Part shown: positions 13,331 to 26,630 of the stretch, piece by piece
How the letters are laid out: each line of letters opens with the position of its first letter
Numbering within the stretch: position 1 is the stretch's first letter
Source of the DNA: Vicugna vicugna
Taxonomy: Eukaryota
Direction: 5' to 3'
Assembly: GCA_013265495.1 (NCBI GenBank)
Contig: MU058463.1
Location: 2,503,523 to 2,567,522 of the forward strand
DNA length: 64,000 nucleotides
The notes under the pieces: model-generated
The model's database searches: none
What the model was told of the DNA's origin: nothing
The model's input: only the letters and a program-made list of their open reading frames with translations
Position numbers and translations under genes: made by a program

Positions 13331-13928
13331 TCATTGACACATTGATTTTTTAGTAGCATTTTGTTTAGTCTCCCCATGTTTGTTCTTTTCCCATTTTTCT
13401 TCTTGTGATTGATTTTTTGTTTTATACCATTGTGGTTGAAAAAAAATGCATGATATAATTTCTATCCTCTTAAATCTGTTGAGACTTGTTATGTGGCCTA
13501 GCATGTGATCTGTCCTGGGGTATATCCCATGTGTGCTTGAAAAGAATGTATATTCTGCTGTTTGTGGATGGAATGTCCTGTAGATATCAATTAAGTTCAA
13601 ATTGGTCTATTGTGTCATTTAAGACCACTGTTGCCTTGTTGATTTTCTTTCTAGATGATCTGTCCATTGATGTAAATGGGGTGTTAAAGTCCCCTACTAT
13701 TATTGTATTATTTTCAGTTTCTTCCTTTATGTTTGTTAATACTTGCTTTATATATTTTAGTGCTCCCATATTGGGTGCATATATATTAAAGAGTGTAATA
13801 TGCTCTTCTTGCATCAATCCTCTTATCATTATATAATGCCCTGCTTTGTCTGTTGTTGTTGCCTTTGTTTTAAAGTCTATTTTGTTTGATATGAGTATTG
13901 CTACCTGCCTCTTTCTTGTCATTTCCAT
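13331..13928 (-). pseudogene. L1 ORF2 APE-like endonuclease domain remnant (frameshifted)
   Basis: ORF track peptides VAILISNKIDFK...NIYAPN...VGDFNTPFTSMDR and LIDIYRTFHPQTAEYTFFSSTHG. Confidence 0.9.
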
Positions 13929-14528
13929 TTGCTGGAAATATCTTTTTCCATTTTCTCACTTTAGATCTGCATGTGTCTTTACCTCTGATGTGAGTCTCTT
14001 GTAGATAGCAAATAGAAGTGTCTTGTTTTTTTTAATCCAATCAGCCACTCTATGTATTTTGATTGGAGCATTTAGTCCATTTACACTTAAAGTAATTATT
14101 GAAATGCATGTACTTATTGCCATTTTATTACTTGTTTTCTGGTTGTTTTTGTAGTTTTTCTCTGTTCATTTCATGTTCTTTTTGTTTCTCCCCTTGTGGT
14201 TCAATGATTTTCTTTAGTAGTATGCCTGTGTTATTTTCTTTTTATTTTTTGTGTATGTATTATAGGTTTTTGATTTGTGGTTACCATGGGGTTTATATAT
14301 GTTGACCTATAACTATATCTACTCATTTTAAAGTGGTAATCATTTAAGTTCAAAGACATTCTAAAAGATTTAAATTTTTTTACTCCCCTCCCCTACATTT
14401 TGTGTTTTTGATGTCGTATTTTACATCTTGATGTTTGTCCCTTAATTGTAGTTATAGTTGTTTTTGTTTTACAATTTTTTGTTTAGTCTTCATACTGGTT
14501 TATTTAAGTGGTTGATCCTCAGTCCTTC

Positions 14529-14561
14529 ATATATATATATATATGTGTGTGTGTATGTATA

Positions 14562-14605
<44 letters not shown>

Positions 14606-15016
14606 NNNNNNNNNNNNNNNNNNNNNNNNNNNNNNNNNNNNNNNNNNNNNNNNNNNNNNNNNNNNNNNNNNNNNNNNNNNNNNNNNNNNNNNNNNNNNNN
14701 NNNNNNNNNNNNNNNNNNNNNNNNNNNNNNNNNNNNNNNNNNNNNNNNNNNNNNNNNNNNNNNNNNNNNNNNNNNNNNNNNNNNNNNNNNNNNNNNNNNN
14801 NNNNNNNNNNNNNNNNNNNNNNNNNNNNNNNNNNNNNNNNNNNNNNNNNNNNNNNNNNNNNNNNNNNNNNNNNNNNNNNNNNNNNNNNNNNNNNNNNNNN
14901 NNNNNNNNNNNNNNNNNNNNNNNNNNNNNNNNNNNNNNNNNNNNNNNNNNNNNNNNNNNNNNNNNNNNNNNNNNNNNNNNNATATATATATGTATGTGTG
15001 TGTGTGTGTATGTATA

Positions 15017-15047
<31 letters not shown>

Positions 15048-15074
15048 GATATATATACATATATATATATATAT
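14529..15074. repeat. Compound (TA)n/(TG)n microsatellite spanning an assembly gap
   Basis: Visible directly on both sides of N 14606-14981. Confidence 0.95.
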
Positions 15075-15127
15075 GCCATTCCAAATGAGATTTCCTTTTT
15101 TCTATAGATTCTTCTTTTCCTCAGCAC

Positions 15128-15391
15128 TTAGAATATATCATGCCACTCCATTCTTGCCTTCAAAGTTTCTGCAGTGAAAGCAGCTGATATCCTTATGGGG
15201 ATTCCCTTGTATATGAATCTCTCCTTTTCCCTTCCTGCCTTTAGAATTCTCTCTTTATCTTTAACTTCTGCTGTTTTAAATATGATATGTCTTGGTGTGA
15301 GTCTGTTTGGGTTCATCTTGTTTGGGACCCTCTGTGCTTCCTGTACCTGGAAATCTATTTCCTTCTTCAGATTTTGGAAGTTTTCAACCAT
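15128..15391 (-). pseudogene. L1 ORF1 remnant
   Basis: Peptide ENFQNLKKEIDFQVQEAQRVPNKMNPNRLTPRHIIFKTAEVKDKERILKAGREK is homologous to the ORF1 at 3945-4297. Confidence 0.9.
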
Positions 15392-17524
15392 AATTTCCTC
15401 AAATACATTCTCAATCCACTTCTGTCTCTCTCTTCTCCTTCTGGGATCCCTGTAATGTGAATGTTGGTATACTTAATGTTATCTCAGTGATCTCTTAAAC
15501 TGTTTTCATTTTTTAAATTTGTTTTTCTTTTTGCTGTTTTGATTGGGTAATAACCATTATTCTATCTTCCAGATCACTTATGCGTTCTTCTGTATCACTT
15601 AGTCTGCTATTCACTCTTTCTAGTTCATTTTTTATTTCAGCTATTGAATTCTTCATTTCTGATTAGGTCCTTTTTATGTTTTCTAATTCTTTGTTAAAAT
15701 TTTCACTGTTTGTATCTCTTCTTTTCCCTAACTCAGTTAATATTTTTATTACCAATGCTTTAATTTTTTATTTGGTAAATTGTTTATATCTGTTTCACTA
15801 TTTGTTTTTTCAGGTTTTTTTTTCTCTTGCTCTTTCAATTGAGAGCAGTTCTTCTGCCTTTTCATTTTGCTTAACTTTCTCTGTCTCATGAATCTAGGTG
15901 ACACAGTTACCTTTTGTGGGGTACTTCATGGGGGAGTGTTCTTGTGCAGACTGCATGTGTTCAGTGTCTTTGGTGAAAGAGCTGGGTTTAACATGGATGA
16001 AAGGCATGTCTTTCTTCAGGGTGTGCTTTGGTAGGGGGTGGGGCTGGAGAAGGAAGGACTAGAGCTGGGGCTGGTGCTGAGTGTGAGGTGGGGCTTCCCC
16101 TCTTCTCAGTTGCTAGAGCAGGAGCCCTGAGGGTTGGGCCTGAGCAAGCTCTGCTCCCTTTAAGTGAATATTTTCCCCCTTTCCTAAACTGGGACCCCTG
16201 CTCCAGAGTAAGAGCAATGCTGAAGCAAGGGGGGCCCATGCAGGCTGTTGGCTCACATAGGCTGCAGATAGAGGTCCAAGCCATTGCCAATTACTGCCTG
16301 TGCAGGTGCTCACAGTTGTTTCCCTCACTTCACTCTGACACAGCTTTGTGTGCTAACCCTCTATGTCCCTCATAGCCTATCACTGCCCCCAAACTCTCCC
16401 ACTCCTGCCCTGTTGTGGAGTCACACGACTGGACAGGTGGACCATGTGGACTTCTGGTGTGTATTGAGGGAGTGAGCAGTGGTGGAGCAGCTGCTGTCAG
16501 AGATCTGGGCTGCTTCTGATGCACTGTTTGAGAAAGCACCTGCAATGGCCACCGCTGCCTCACCTAGCCTCCAGCCCGGGACAGGGTCGCCTCTGCACCC
16601 CATGATCAAGTCTTCTTGCAGGTCGTGGTTGCTCCAATTTCAGTGCTACTCTGTGACGTGGAGTGAGCAGGGCCAGAGTGTTTGCTCACCTTGGGCTGGG
16701 TGTGTACCAAGGCAGTTGCAGGAAACATGGCAGTAGCTAGAGCAGACCTCTCTCCTCCCTGCCTTGGGGGCTGGCCAGTGCACACCTCATTAGCAGAGCC
16801 CAGGCTTCCCACAGCCCTCCTGCTAGTCTCAGTGGTCCTCCACCCAGCCAAGGGGCCTCGTCTATCCTGTATAGGGTCCCAGAACCGAGGTGCCCAATCT
16901 ATGGCTCTCACTGCTCACCCCCTATGGTGGGTGTCTGCCATGTAATCTCCCTTTTCCTCTTAGTCCCCTCCCAGGAGCCCAGATCCTAACCTGATTGCTT
17001 TTCCTTCTTTCCTACCTGATAACGTGTGTATCTCTCTTACAGTCTTGATTGTACAGGAGTCCTTCTGCCAGTTTTTAGTGTTTTCAGTGAGAATTTTTCC
17101 ACATGTAGATGTGTTTTTGATGGTTTCATGGAGGGAGGAAGTGCCATGTTCTCTTACTCCTCTTCTTGATCAATCTCTGACTTGTTTTTTCTCTCTAAAC
17201 TTTATCTATAAACCCATATTAAAATATCAGAAACCCCCAATAAAAATTGCTTAAAATGGAAATGTTTTCATTTTTCCCATAATTTGTTGTTTTTGCCCAT
17301 TTTCTCACATCATCAGTTAGTACTATAGCATGCGAATTCCATTTGTGGAATGTACTTTTTCTCACTTTATGTTGTTTGACCCATGGACTTGCTCCTGGCA
17401 ATCAGAGGCTTCCCTCCTGTCCTTGGAATGTTTGTTCTGCCAGCTGTTCCCACAGTGGGGGCCATTTTTCAGGGTCGCAGGCTTGAGAGAGCAGTGTGTT
17501 AGTGAGACCATCTGGAAGTCTACG

Positions 17525-17723
17525 TGACTGAACCCGGTTAAGGCTGTAAACTCATAAGATTCTGACAGGCAGGTCTGGAGATCTACTCATTTGTGGCCAG
17601 TCAAGATACGCCTCCTAAGTAAGTCCCCTTGCTTATTAAACCGTGACTTACTGGCCAGAAGTGGTCTGCCTCTTTCTTTGGTCTCTCCTTGCCCTCTGGG
17701 AGCCGGGGCTAGTTTGAGAACCA
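17525..17723 (+). mobile_element. ERV LTR 3' portion
   Basis: TAAGTAAGTCCCCTTGCTTATTAAAC (ATTAAA polyA-like signal), then a pyrimidine-rich U5-like tract GGTCTGCCTCTTTCTTTGGTCTCTCCTTGCCC ending in CA. Family not certain. Confidence 0.6.
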
Positions 17724-18019
17724 TTGTCTTCTCCTCTTTCCTCCTCACCTTGCCCACCCTCTCTACATTTTCTGTGCTCATACTGATCAATGTACATGCC
17801 TCCTAACATATGTATTCAAAGACATTATTAGGTTTCTTAAGAAAGAAAATTACTCTTCTGATATTATGGTGTTTTAGAAAGTGTCTTCCGTCACATAATC
17901 CTTAGTGTTAAAAAAAAAAACTGCTTGCTACTCAAATGGTATTATTTTTCATTGTCTATTTTGGTTCCTTTTTCTGTCTGCACACATTCTCTGGGTAGTT
18001 TCAAACACTCTCTTGGCTT

Positions 18020-18230
18020 TAATTTTTCACCTTTTTGCTGATGACTCTCAAACAGCTCTGTCTCCTGAGCTCCATATATGTACCTGCCTACTAGATGCCC
18101 ACCTGGAGATCCCACGGGCACCTCCACTGAAATACAACCACAATGAGCCCACCATTCTCAAGATATTTCCCTAAGATTCTCTTCCTTCTGTATTACCTGT
18201 CTCAAGGAAGGCCTCCCATTCTCTTTCTTC
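18020..18230 (+). mobile_element. LINE-2 fragment
   Basis: GCTGATGACTCTCAAA...CTCCTGAGCTCCA...CTGCCTACTAGATGCCCACCTGGA...GGGCACCTC matches the recalled L2 ORF2 3' region. Confidence 0.7.
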
Positions 18231-19164
18231 CTGGTTTTCTTCTTATTCTGGGCTGCCTTGAATCCCTAACCCATGACTCCCTGTCATGTTAACATCCAGG
18301 TAAGTATGACTTTTTATGACTTCCTGGAATTCTGGTAATAAACGTGTTGTCATCCCATGACAGTTGAATGAATGAATGGGTGAATGAAGATGTAAATGAC
18401 TGAATAAGTCCAGGCTGAAACCATGAGCTTAGGCCTACCTTTGATGATTTTAAGCACCCCCAAGGAACTTTCTTTAAGGCTGAATCACTGAAGGTATTGC
18501 TAATACCACATCTAGTAAAAACATATATTTTCATGGGCAATTCTTTTTAGCTATCCTTTAGATGTTATATTGTGAGGGAGAATTGTTTGTTTTTTCAAAG
18601 CTTGTGTTCATCTCTTTTGGGCTCTGGGACTATGGGGAATGCGTCATGTATGTCTTTGTGTCTGCCATGTGATGTAGCAAAATGCCTTATGCAGACCGGG
18701 CACTCACTTAATGGTGAGATGATTGACTGAATAATTATTCCACTTATAAACACTTCTGTAGTGCATTACCTGATGAGTGTCTATTTTAATATGACGATGG
18801 CTGTGACCTTCGTGTAGTTCATTAGCAAATGAAAAGTATGCTCATTTCCATGGAAGGAAATGAGAATATAAAAAATGTGGTTCTATTTGTAGTGCCATTA
18901 CTGTCTTACTGTTTGATTAAGAACAAATTCTTAACCTTTTAATGCTACCAGTTACCTTTGACTCTGATCTCAAGGGCTACTGTAGAACCAAAATCCTGGG
19001 GACGACAGGATAATAGCCGTGACCTATTTGAAGGGATAAAAATAGGCCACAAATGAGGGAACTCACTGACCAGAATTAATCATTAGTAGAGGAGAGGTGA
19101 TGTCTTTAGAAACAAACAAACAAGCAAAGAAGCAAATAAGCAGCTTCACGATCACATTTTGTAA

Positions 19165-19270
19165 TCATAACAATTCCCTGGGTGAGTATCACCATTTTGC
19201 TGATAAGGATATGGAGGCTGAGAAATTTTAAGTAATTTGAGCCATGTCCTATAACTAGTGAGAGGCAGCT
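19165..19270 (-). mobile_element. MIR SINE fragment
   Basis: CCATTTTGCTGATAAGGATATGGAGGCTGAGAAATTTAAGTAATTTG, the MIR core. Confidence 0.65.
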
Positions 19271-19484
19271 ATCCCTGGTCCACGGTCACCTCTCCCTCCT
19301 CCCCCTCCTACATCAACCCATTATTTGTTGTCACCATCTCAGTTTTGAAATGTTTGTGGTAGAATGTCTACAGCCATGTCATTCCAGTTCATCAGGAAAA
19401 GGAAAATGGAGTTACACTGAACTGAAGTGACAGCTGAAAAACCTGTTAATAAAATCTTTGACCACTACTGGTCATTGTGCATCT

Positions 19485-20000
19485 GATGTGCATTGGCTGA
19501 GCCCCTTTTCTGTACCACACAATGTACTGTGTCCTAGGGGTGTACAAAGACGAGAGAAGCAAGCTTGCTGCCTTTCAGATGGTTCCGGGTCATGAAGGGT
19601 GAGAACTTTGCCAGATGCACGAGAGGAGGAAAGATAGTCCAGGTGGAGGGAAAATGCAGGCACGATGGCAGAGAAGCAGGTCTGTGTACTTAGGGGTCAT
19701 GCGTGTTTCAGTCTAGCTGGTGAGGCAAGCGCCACTGTGGAAGTGAAGGCAAAGGAGAGCGGGAAGACAGAGACAGACTCACGGAGAATCTTGAAGGGAG
19801 GAATCTGGCTTTACCTGGGCTTTCTGTAGGTAATGGAGAGCCAGCAAAGAATTTTAAGTAGGAGACTCTTAGGACCAAATTTTAGAAACAATGTACTGAT
19901 ATTGTGAAGGAAAATGGATTGGGGTAGCTCATGGGGATGGGAGAAAGAATGTAGACTGGTGGGGTGCAGGGAGCTATTGCTGTGAATTGGAAGCTGAGAG
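19485..20000 (-). mobile_element. Degenerate LINE-2
   Basis: Antisense L2-like motifs such as GTAGGTAATGGAGAGCCAGCAAAGAATTTTAAGTAGG and GGAAAATGGATTGG. Confidence 0.55.
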
Positions 20001-21389
20001 CCACTTTTCCTTTGGCAGGTGAGTGGGGATGTTACATGATTAGTTTTAGTCGATGATTGATTTGGGTAGTAGACACAGGAAAGTCGGTGCATTTGGTGTT
20101 TTAAAGTTGTCACTGAGCAGTAATTCTAGTTGCTCTTTCTTCTAAATTAAAGCTTACCCAAGCGAGTTTATGGCCTTCTTTGTACTAAGGCTGTGATGAT
20201 TCTTTTCACTAATGTCTTTTCCTTATTTGCTTCCATTGACTGTTTAAATCCTTTCCTGGCCATTTACCATTTGTATCATAACCCTCCTGTGTTTGCTCCT
20301 AATGTGTTATAATTCTTCATAATCTGGTCTTTGCCTGATCCCAATTCTCTCTAATATTTCTTTTTCCTCCCTTGAGGAAAGTATATCCATTTTTGGTTTC
20401 AAATGCTCATCACCTTTGGTAAATATTGAGGCAACGATTCAATTTAATTTAAAAAATAATGTTTTTCTATTTCTTCTTCTGTCAATAAATTACCTTTGTC
20501 ATCTTTTAAAGTGGTATTGTCTCATAATTTTCTTCTCTGCTCTCGTTGTTCCATTTTGTTGTTCCCCAGAGAATCTAAGAATATATATTGATATAATGAG
20601 CAATGTGGAAATAATAATAAAAAAAAGACGAATTTAGGGTCGTATTCATACTCTATAGTGTTTACTAGTGATCTATTTCAAAATAAAACATATATTTCAG
20701 TCCTGATGAATCAAATATTTAAGAAACATTCTTTAAGTGGAGAAATATATATGGAAAAAATCACTACTGACCCTGAGAGGCCGCTTTGAAAGACTCTAGC
20801 CATGGATGATTTAACTTCGATTTTGTCCCCCTTCTTCTACCAAGGTTATGGTAGTGAACATTGCTCATGAGGGTTCTGGGAGTGCCCGCGGGGGTCAGAG
20901 ATCAGAAAACATAGGATATAATATTAGATAAAATATTAGCAGCCCTGGAAATATTCACAAAGTCGTATATTATGTTAGAGCTACTGTATTCCATGTAGGA
21001 AAATAAAAATGGGAAATTGCACAAGCCACTTTCTTTTTTTTTATTACAGAAATTAAAGGTCTAATTTAGAATTATAAATTAACGTAAATAGCCATTAATA
21101 CCATTTTATTAGTTCAGATACTTGGTATATGAACATATAAATATAACAGGATTTTTATAGAGCCTGCATTAGTAATTAGTAAGTATGTAGACATGTATGT
21201 ATATGCATATATATTTATATATATTATGAGGTTTTTAAAATTTGTAGACCTGCAAAGATGCTCTGAGCAACCCTTAAAGTTCATATTCAACCACGTTTGT
21301 GAAAGTTACTTAATAGATACTTCTGCTTCTTCCTCTCTACCAGTCGGTGGTGGTGTGTGATGACGCTGGTGCTCACGATGATGATGGTA

Positions 21390-21585
21390 ACACGCTGGCA
21401 CTTTCTGCCATATATACATTGTGCCACTTAACCTTCCCAGCCCTGCAAGTTAGGCATTATTCTCATTTTGCAGATGAAGTAAAGAGGCACGGGGACCTAG
21501 AGGAACTTGCCCAAGATCACGTAAGTGTGTAGTAGAACTGGGAATAGAAGTGGGTTCTGTCTGTCGTCAAAGGTTGTGCTCTTCT
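21390..21585 (-). mobile_element. MIR SINE
   Basis: TATTCTCATTTTGCAGATGAAGTAAAGAGGCAC...ACTTGCCCAAGATCAC, the MIR core. Confidence 0.8.
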
Positions 21586-21974
21586 GTTGACCGCAGGACA
21601 TTGGCCATAAAGGGACACTGAGTGTGAAGAGAGGTACAGAGTGATTCCATTTAACTTGTACTGGGATGGTAGCTCTTTCACTGGGAGCCCTTACAAGGAA
21701 TCCTGACGACAACTCTGCATGGGGTCTTTCTGTCTCATGCGATATGTTATGTACGTTTCTGCGTTACACGACCCAGAGGGTCATTGTGGACTTCGGAAGT
21801 ATCTGTCTTGGCAAAGTGTGGCAGCCTTTGTTCTTTTCCTTTATTATCTCCCTTGAGCTTCCTTGAGAATTTGTGCCTATGTTGGTGAAAGTAGAGAATT
21901 AAGTCATTATTGATTCAGCAAACTTGATCAACCTGAATTGCTTAGATTACTTCCTCTCCTTGTTTTACTTTATT

Positions 21975-22810
21975 TTACCTTTAAAAATTGATAAATGTAA
22001 TATCTATGCAAAAAGTACAAATAATCCATACATATAATTTAAAAGAATTAAGAAGAGGAACATTCATATACTCATGAACCCAACTTACCAAGTGGGACAA
22101 ACCAATATCCTGAAGTTCCTATTTGATCTTTCTGGAGTACATCTCTCTCGCTCCCTCCTGAAGAGTTCAGCTATCCTGAATTGTATATGTAACACTCCTT
22201 TGCTTGGATTCGTCACTTTACCATATGTGTAGGTATTCCTACACATTTATTGCGCTGTTTTACTTTTGGACCCATTAGACATTTGAGATTCATCCATTTT
22301 AATGCTCATAGTTGTAGTTTTTCATTTTCACTGCTTAGTATTTTATTAATATCACGTGAGGTATCAATATTCCACAGTCACTCCACTCTATTTTCAGTAA
22401 GCCCTGGAGTTTTCACATTTTGGCTGCTCCATATACGGTTGCCATGAACCTTTTTATACATGTCCTGTCATGCACATATATAAGGGTTTCTTCCAAGTAT
22501 TGATGAAGAATGAAATTGATGGGTCATACTGGACGTAAATCTCCTCATTCAGTAGATCAGGCTGAATTGTCTTTTGAAGTGGCTGTACCAATTTTCATTC
22601 TATTTTTATATGAGTATTGGCTATGTATATTTCCTTTTCTGGTAAAATGCCTATTCCTTATATGTTTCTCATTCTTTTAATAGGAGTCAGTCTTTTCTTT
22701 ATCATTTCTTGCCCATGAATTAAAAAAAAAACACCTGGATACTAATCCTTTGTCCATTGTATGTGTTGTCTGTCAGTTTTGGGCTTGTTAAGTAAGAAAT
22801 TCTTGCTCCA
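21975..22810 (-). mobile_element. Ancient L1 (L1ME-like) 3' fragment
   Basis: TTTGAGATTCATCCAT, GCCATGAAC, AATTGATGGGTCATA, AGTGGCTGTACCAATTT and GGATACTAATCCTTTGTC occur in the L1 antisense order. Confidence 0.7.
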
Positions 22811-24519
22811 AGTCTCTCTCCTCTCTTCCTGCTTCTTTCTCCCAGGGCAGTCAGAAACCTTGGGTGACAAAGTGGGGAAGGAAAAACAGGGAGAGACATC
22901 CCTTACCTGCCAGAACTCTCTCCCTGCAGCAGGCCCCAGATGAAGAAGATATAACATGAAATAAAGATGGAAGCTTTGGCAACGATATGGTGCAGATCTG
23001 AGAGCACTTTTTGTGACTTAAAGTCAGCGTAGGATTTTGAATTACCTAAGAGTGACCAACATACTCATAGAAAACTGCCATGTTTTTATCCAGAAGAGGG
23101 GAAATCTTTCCCTGCAGCATGTATTGTAAAGGGCTGATAGGAGACAAAATTACGTTGCGTTATGATTAAATTCCATGAGTCCTAGTTTTTCAACACACAC
23201 ATTCACTTAACATGTATTTGCTGAGGACTTGTCAAATATCGGGCCCTAAGTCAGGCTGTGAGTACAGAAAGGAGCAAGGTAAGCCCTGCTTCTGCTCTGG
23301 GAGAGCCTGTCATCCCGTGTGGATTAGAAAACCTTTAGGAAGGAGAGAGTGGTTGCCTGGATCTCTCCTCAGGTTCCTGGCAGGACTTTGGTGATGTTGC
23401 TTGTGGGAAACATGGCTTTAATGACTAGCCCCCTTAGTCTGAATTTGTATGAGAGTTAAAGCTAGAAAGAAGGCTAAGGGGTCTTGTGTCCCTTCCACAC
23501 CCACGTAGGCTTCTCTACACGTGAAGGAGATTAACCAGTGGAATGTGAATTTATTCATTGTCACACCAAGATTCAGTTAGTTTTCAGCTGGATCATGAGT
23601 TAATAAGTTGAAAATCTCAGTGGAACTGTGGCAATAGGATGTAACTGTAACTAGTCACTTTCTCAGAAACGAATCGTGTTTAGTGTCAATGAGCATAGCC
23701 CTTTCTGCAGATAATCATGTTTTAGTTTCAAAAGTCAGAGCACTGATAGAATTAAATGGGAAACCAACAATAGTCTACCGCTGACAGATTAGTGTCAGGA
23801 AAAAGTGACTTGATAGTAGCTATAAGGTGAAAAAAGATTTACAAATACTGTAATTTAGGATAATAAAAATACTAGAAGATAAAATAAAATTTTGGTAGCT
23901 TCAGTGTCATTGAAACAAATACAGTTAGGCACGAACTATGTGAAACTCCTTTGGAAGTGAGTCAAATCAGAATATTAAATTGAACTTTGGGACAAGATAC
24001 CAAGTTACAATAACTGTTGTATCCTGTTGTGTATGTTGGATGTTTACCGAAGAGGCATGAGAAGATTGGTTAGAAGTCTTTTGAACTACTTCATCCACTG
24101 AGTATGTGAAGTTATTGAGAGGTTACAGATGGAGAGGGCTATTGTAAAAAGATTTTTTTTTTCTTGAGAGAGAGAGCTTTTTTGTGCATCCTGTCCTCTG
24201 CAGGGGAGGATGTGGATAATGCTACTTCCTACACCTGAGCTTGAGGAGAGCAGCCTCGTTAAGTGTCCGTCTCTCCCTCTCTCTCTTTATTGTATGGCTC
24301 TTGCAGTTGGGTACCCATTCTGACATACAACCTTGGAAATCCAAGCAAGAGAGATGGACTGTTGAATTATTTTGGCAGCAGAGTGAAGGAGTGTGGCTGC
24401 TGGGTGGGGACTGACCTGCTCCCCAGAGTTGGTCAGGGTATAGGGTATATGAATGTTTCCTTTGAGCCAGATGAGGGTCGTGCAGGAGCTGGCCTGGAGC
24501 CATTTTAAATTACACTCAG

Positions 24520-24692
24520 TAAAATACAGAAATACAAACAATCTGGGAATTGCTTTAAAACAACCCCAGGAAGAAAAGGTAGGTAGAACGGTGTTGACAG
24601 TTGAAGCTGGATGATTGGTACTGAGCATTCATTGTATTGTTCCCTCTACTTGGGGAATGCTTGCAAACGTCCAGAATAGAAAGCTTAGAAAA
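24520..24692 (+). mobile_element. L1ME-like 3' end
   Basis: TTGACAGTTGAAGCTGGATGATTGGTAC...TTCATTGTATTGTTCCCTCTACTT. Confidence 0.6.
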
Positions 24693-25564
24693 TTCTGTTC
24701 AAGAGGTCCCCTAGGAAAAGGCAGTGGGATTCCAACAAAGTCTGTTTGGCTTGCACCTCCCAGCAGACTGGGGGTTGAGGGAACACAGCGGCTGGAGGAG
24801 TAAAGGACGTTGTCATTGTCAAGAGAGCTTCAGGTGTGGTACCCAAAGCTTGAGAATCTCTGAGAAACATGTGAAAGTAGCCCACATGGGGACAAGTCCC
24901 CTTCAAACATTTCTCTGGCCCAGACATTGAGAGGCCATCACTGACAGCACCAGTCAAGAAACAACTGCCCTGTCCCCATTCGTCTGTCCTTTCTCTCTTT
25001 CAAAAACAGGTCTGGCAAGTGGAGGAGAAAATAAGTGATGGAGAGAAGAAATGTGGAAGGAAGACAGGAAGAGAGGGAGAGGAGGAGGAGGTGAGTAATG
25101 GGAAGAGAGAAGCTTGACCCCGCATTTCAAGGTGGGGCAGGCGGCTGGTGTGCCGTCAGCTCCAGTTGGGAAAAGTGGAAGCACCAGATGGAGAAGGAGA
25201 ACAGGAAGACTGCATGCTCCCTACCTTGTCAAGGGCCTGTGTGCCGCAGGGTCTTCTGGGAAGGAGAAAGTTTTTAATTCTTAAATCAAGATCATGGTTT
25301 TGATTAATAACGTGAGACTGGACAATTTTAGTTACTGAATTGACATATGGTTTGTGAAATAAAGCACCTGCAGGGCTTTATAATGTCTAGGAGTGGCCTA
25401 CAAAATCGTAGGTCTCTCCTGAGCTTGCTTCCAATGGCAGGAGAAGAGCTAAGTGTGTTGAGTCCGCTGAGAAGTTTAAAGAGGTAGAGTGAAAAAACAA
25501 AGGACAGACCAAAAGATCGTTGGTTTACACTGCAAGCGTTCTGCTTGTTCAGTCTGTCTTATAC

Positions 25565-25715
25565 ATGTGCTCTCTCATTTTGACCTCATAACAACCTGAT
25601 CAGGGGAGGTATCATTCACTGCATTTTACCAGTAAAGAAATTAACTTGCAAAGAAGGGGAGCGATTGGCCCAGGATCACAGTGTTATTGAACGACTGAGG
25701 CAAAGCTACAACAGG
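25565..25715 (-). mobile_element. MIR SINE
   Basis: CCTCATAACAACCTGA...CATTTTACCAGTAAAGAAATT...TGGCCCAGGATCACA. Confidence 0.7.
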
Positions 25716-26344
25716 CCCCTTCTATAGGCAAAAAGTAGACTGGTTCTTACCTTACACAGAATGCAAAACCATCTCCCATAAAGACTGTAGAAAGTGATTA
25801 AGAGATGATATCATTAAGCTAACAGAAGAAAATCTTCATTTGGGTCTTTAGCTACTTTTCTGGCCCAGAGTTTTTGCACATCATCTCCGAGCATCCTGGA
25901 GATTTAGAGAAACTCTGAGAAAAGTGCTAAAAGAGTTAAGGGCCACCTGGGGTGCTGGAGCAGCACTGGGGCCGCCTTGTGGGTTCTACCCTTTCCCTGG
26001 AACCCAGTCCCTCCAGGTCCCAGGGCTTCGTCTTCTCTCCAGGGACCTCAGAGATTGAGAGTTGATTCATGTCTAGAGAAAGCTGCTGAACCCAACCAGT
26101 CTGGGCTTTTATTTCCTGGAATTAAACATCAGAGGAGGTTCTTGAAGGTTTTGGTTTTCTCCTGACAGCCCAGCATCAATCAACCAATCAATCACAATTG
26201 CTCACCAAGAGTTAATTGAACACCTGCTTTGCTAGACTCTAATATGTACATGTGGCTGTTTCTTGCCATCTGTCGTACTGGAGAGTGTGCCTGGACAGCA
26301 ACTGCCCATCTAATGCGTTTATCAGGTTTCTAAAGTGGAGATGT

Positions 26345-26630
26345 GGGCATTCATTTGTTGGATAAATTAATGAGCATCTACAATGTACCACCACCGTGCT
26401 TGGCATGGAGACATGATGGTTAGGTGGAAAATGAAAAGAAGAAAAAGAAAAAAATGCAGCCCCTAGCCTCATGGAGTAGATAGTCTAGAAGGAGAAACAG
26501 TTATTAATGAAAGATTCAGACAAATAAAATGTGTGAATGCCCGCTGTGATAAGTGCTAAGAAGATGAGGTGCATGGTAGTGTAAGAACCCAGTCCACACA
26601 GGGACTTGTGCTCAGGTTAGGGGAGTCAGG
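26345..26630 (-). mobile_element. LINE-2 3' fragment
   Basis: CATTCATTTG...AATTAATGAGCATCTACAATGTACC...CCCTAGCCTCATGGAG...AGTCTAG...GTGATAAGTGCTAAG. Confidence 0.7.

Larger units (their letters stand above)
11020..17180 (-). mobile_element. Older, near full-length degenerate L1 with internal deletions
   Basis: 3' UTR near 11020-11320. ORF2 fragments, including endonuclease motifs NIYAPN and IVGDFNTP (13587-13928), with ORF2 ATG at about 14123. ORF1 fragment QVQEAQRVPNKMNPNRLTPRHII (15128-15391). GC-richer 5' UTR at about 15900-17180. Many stops and frameshifts. Confidence 0.93.

Noticed and set aside
14458..15177. Five long ORFs (168-239 aa) rich in Y/I/V/C
   Set aside because: They are translations of (TA)n/(TG)n repeats and N bases.
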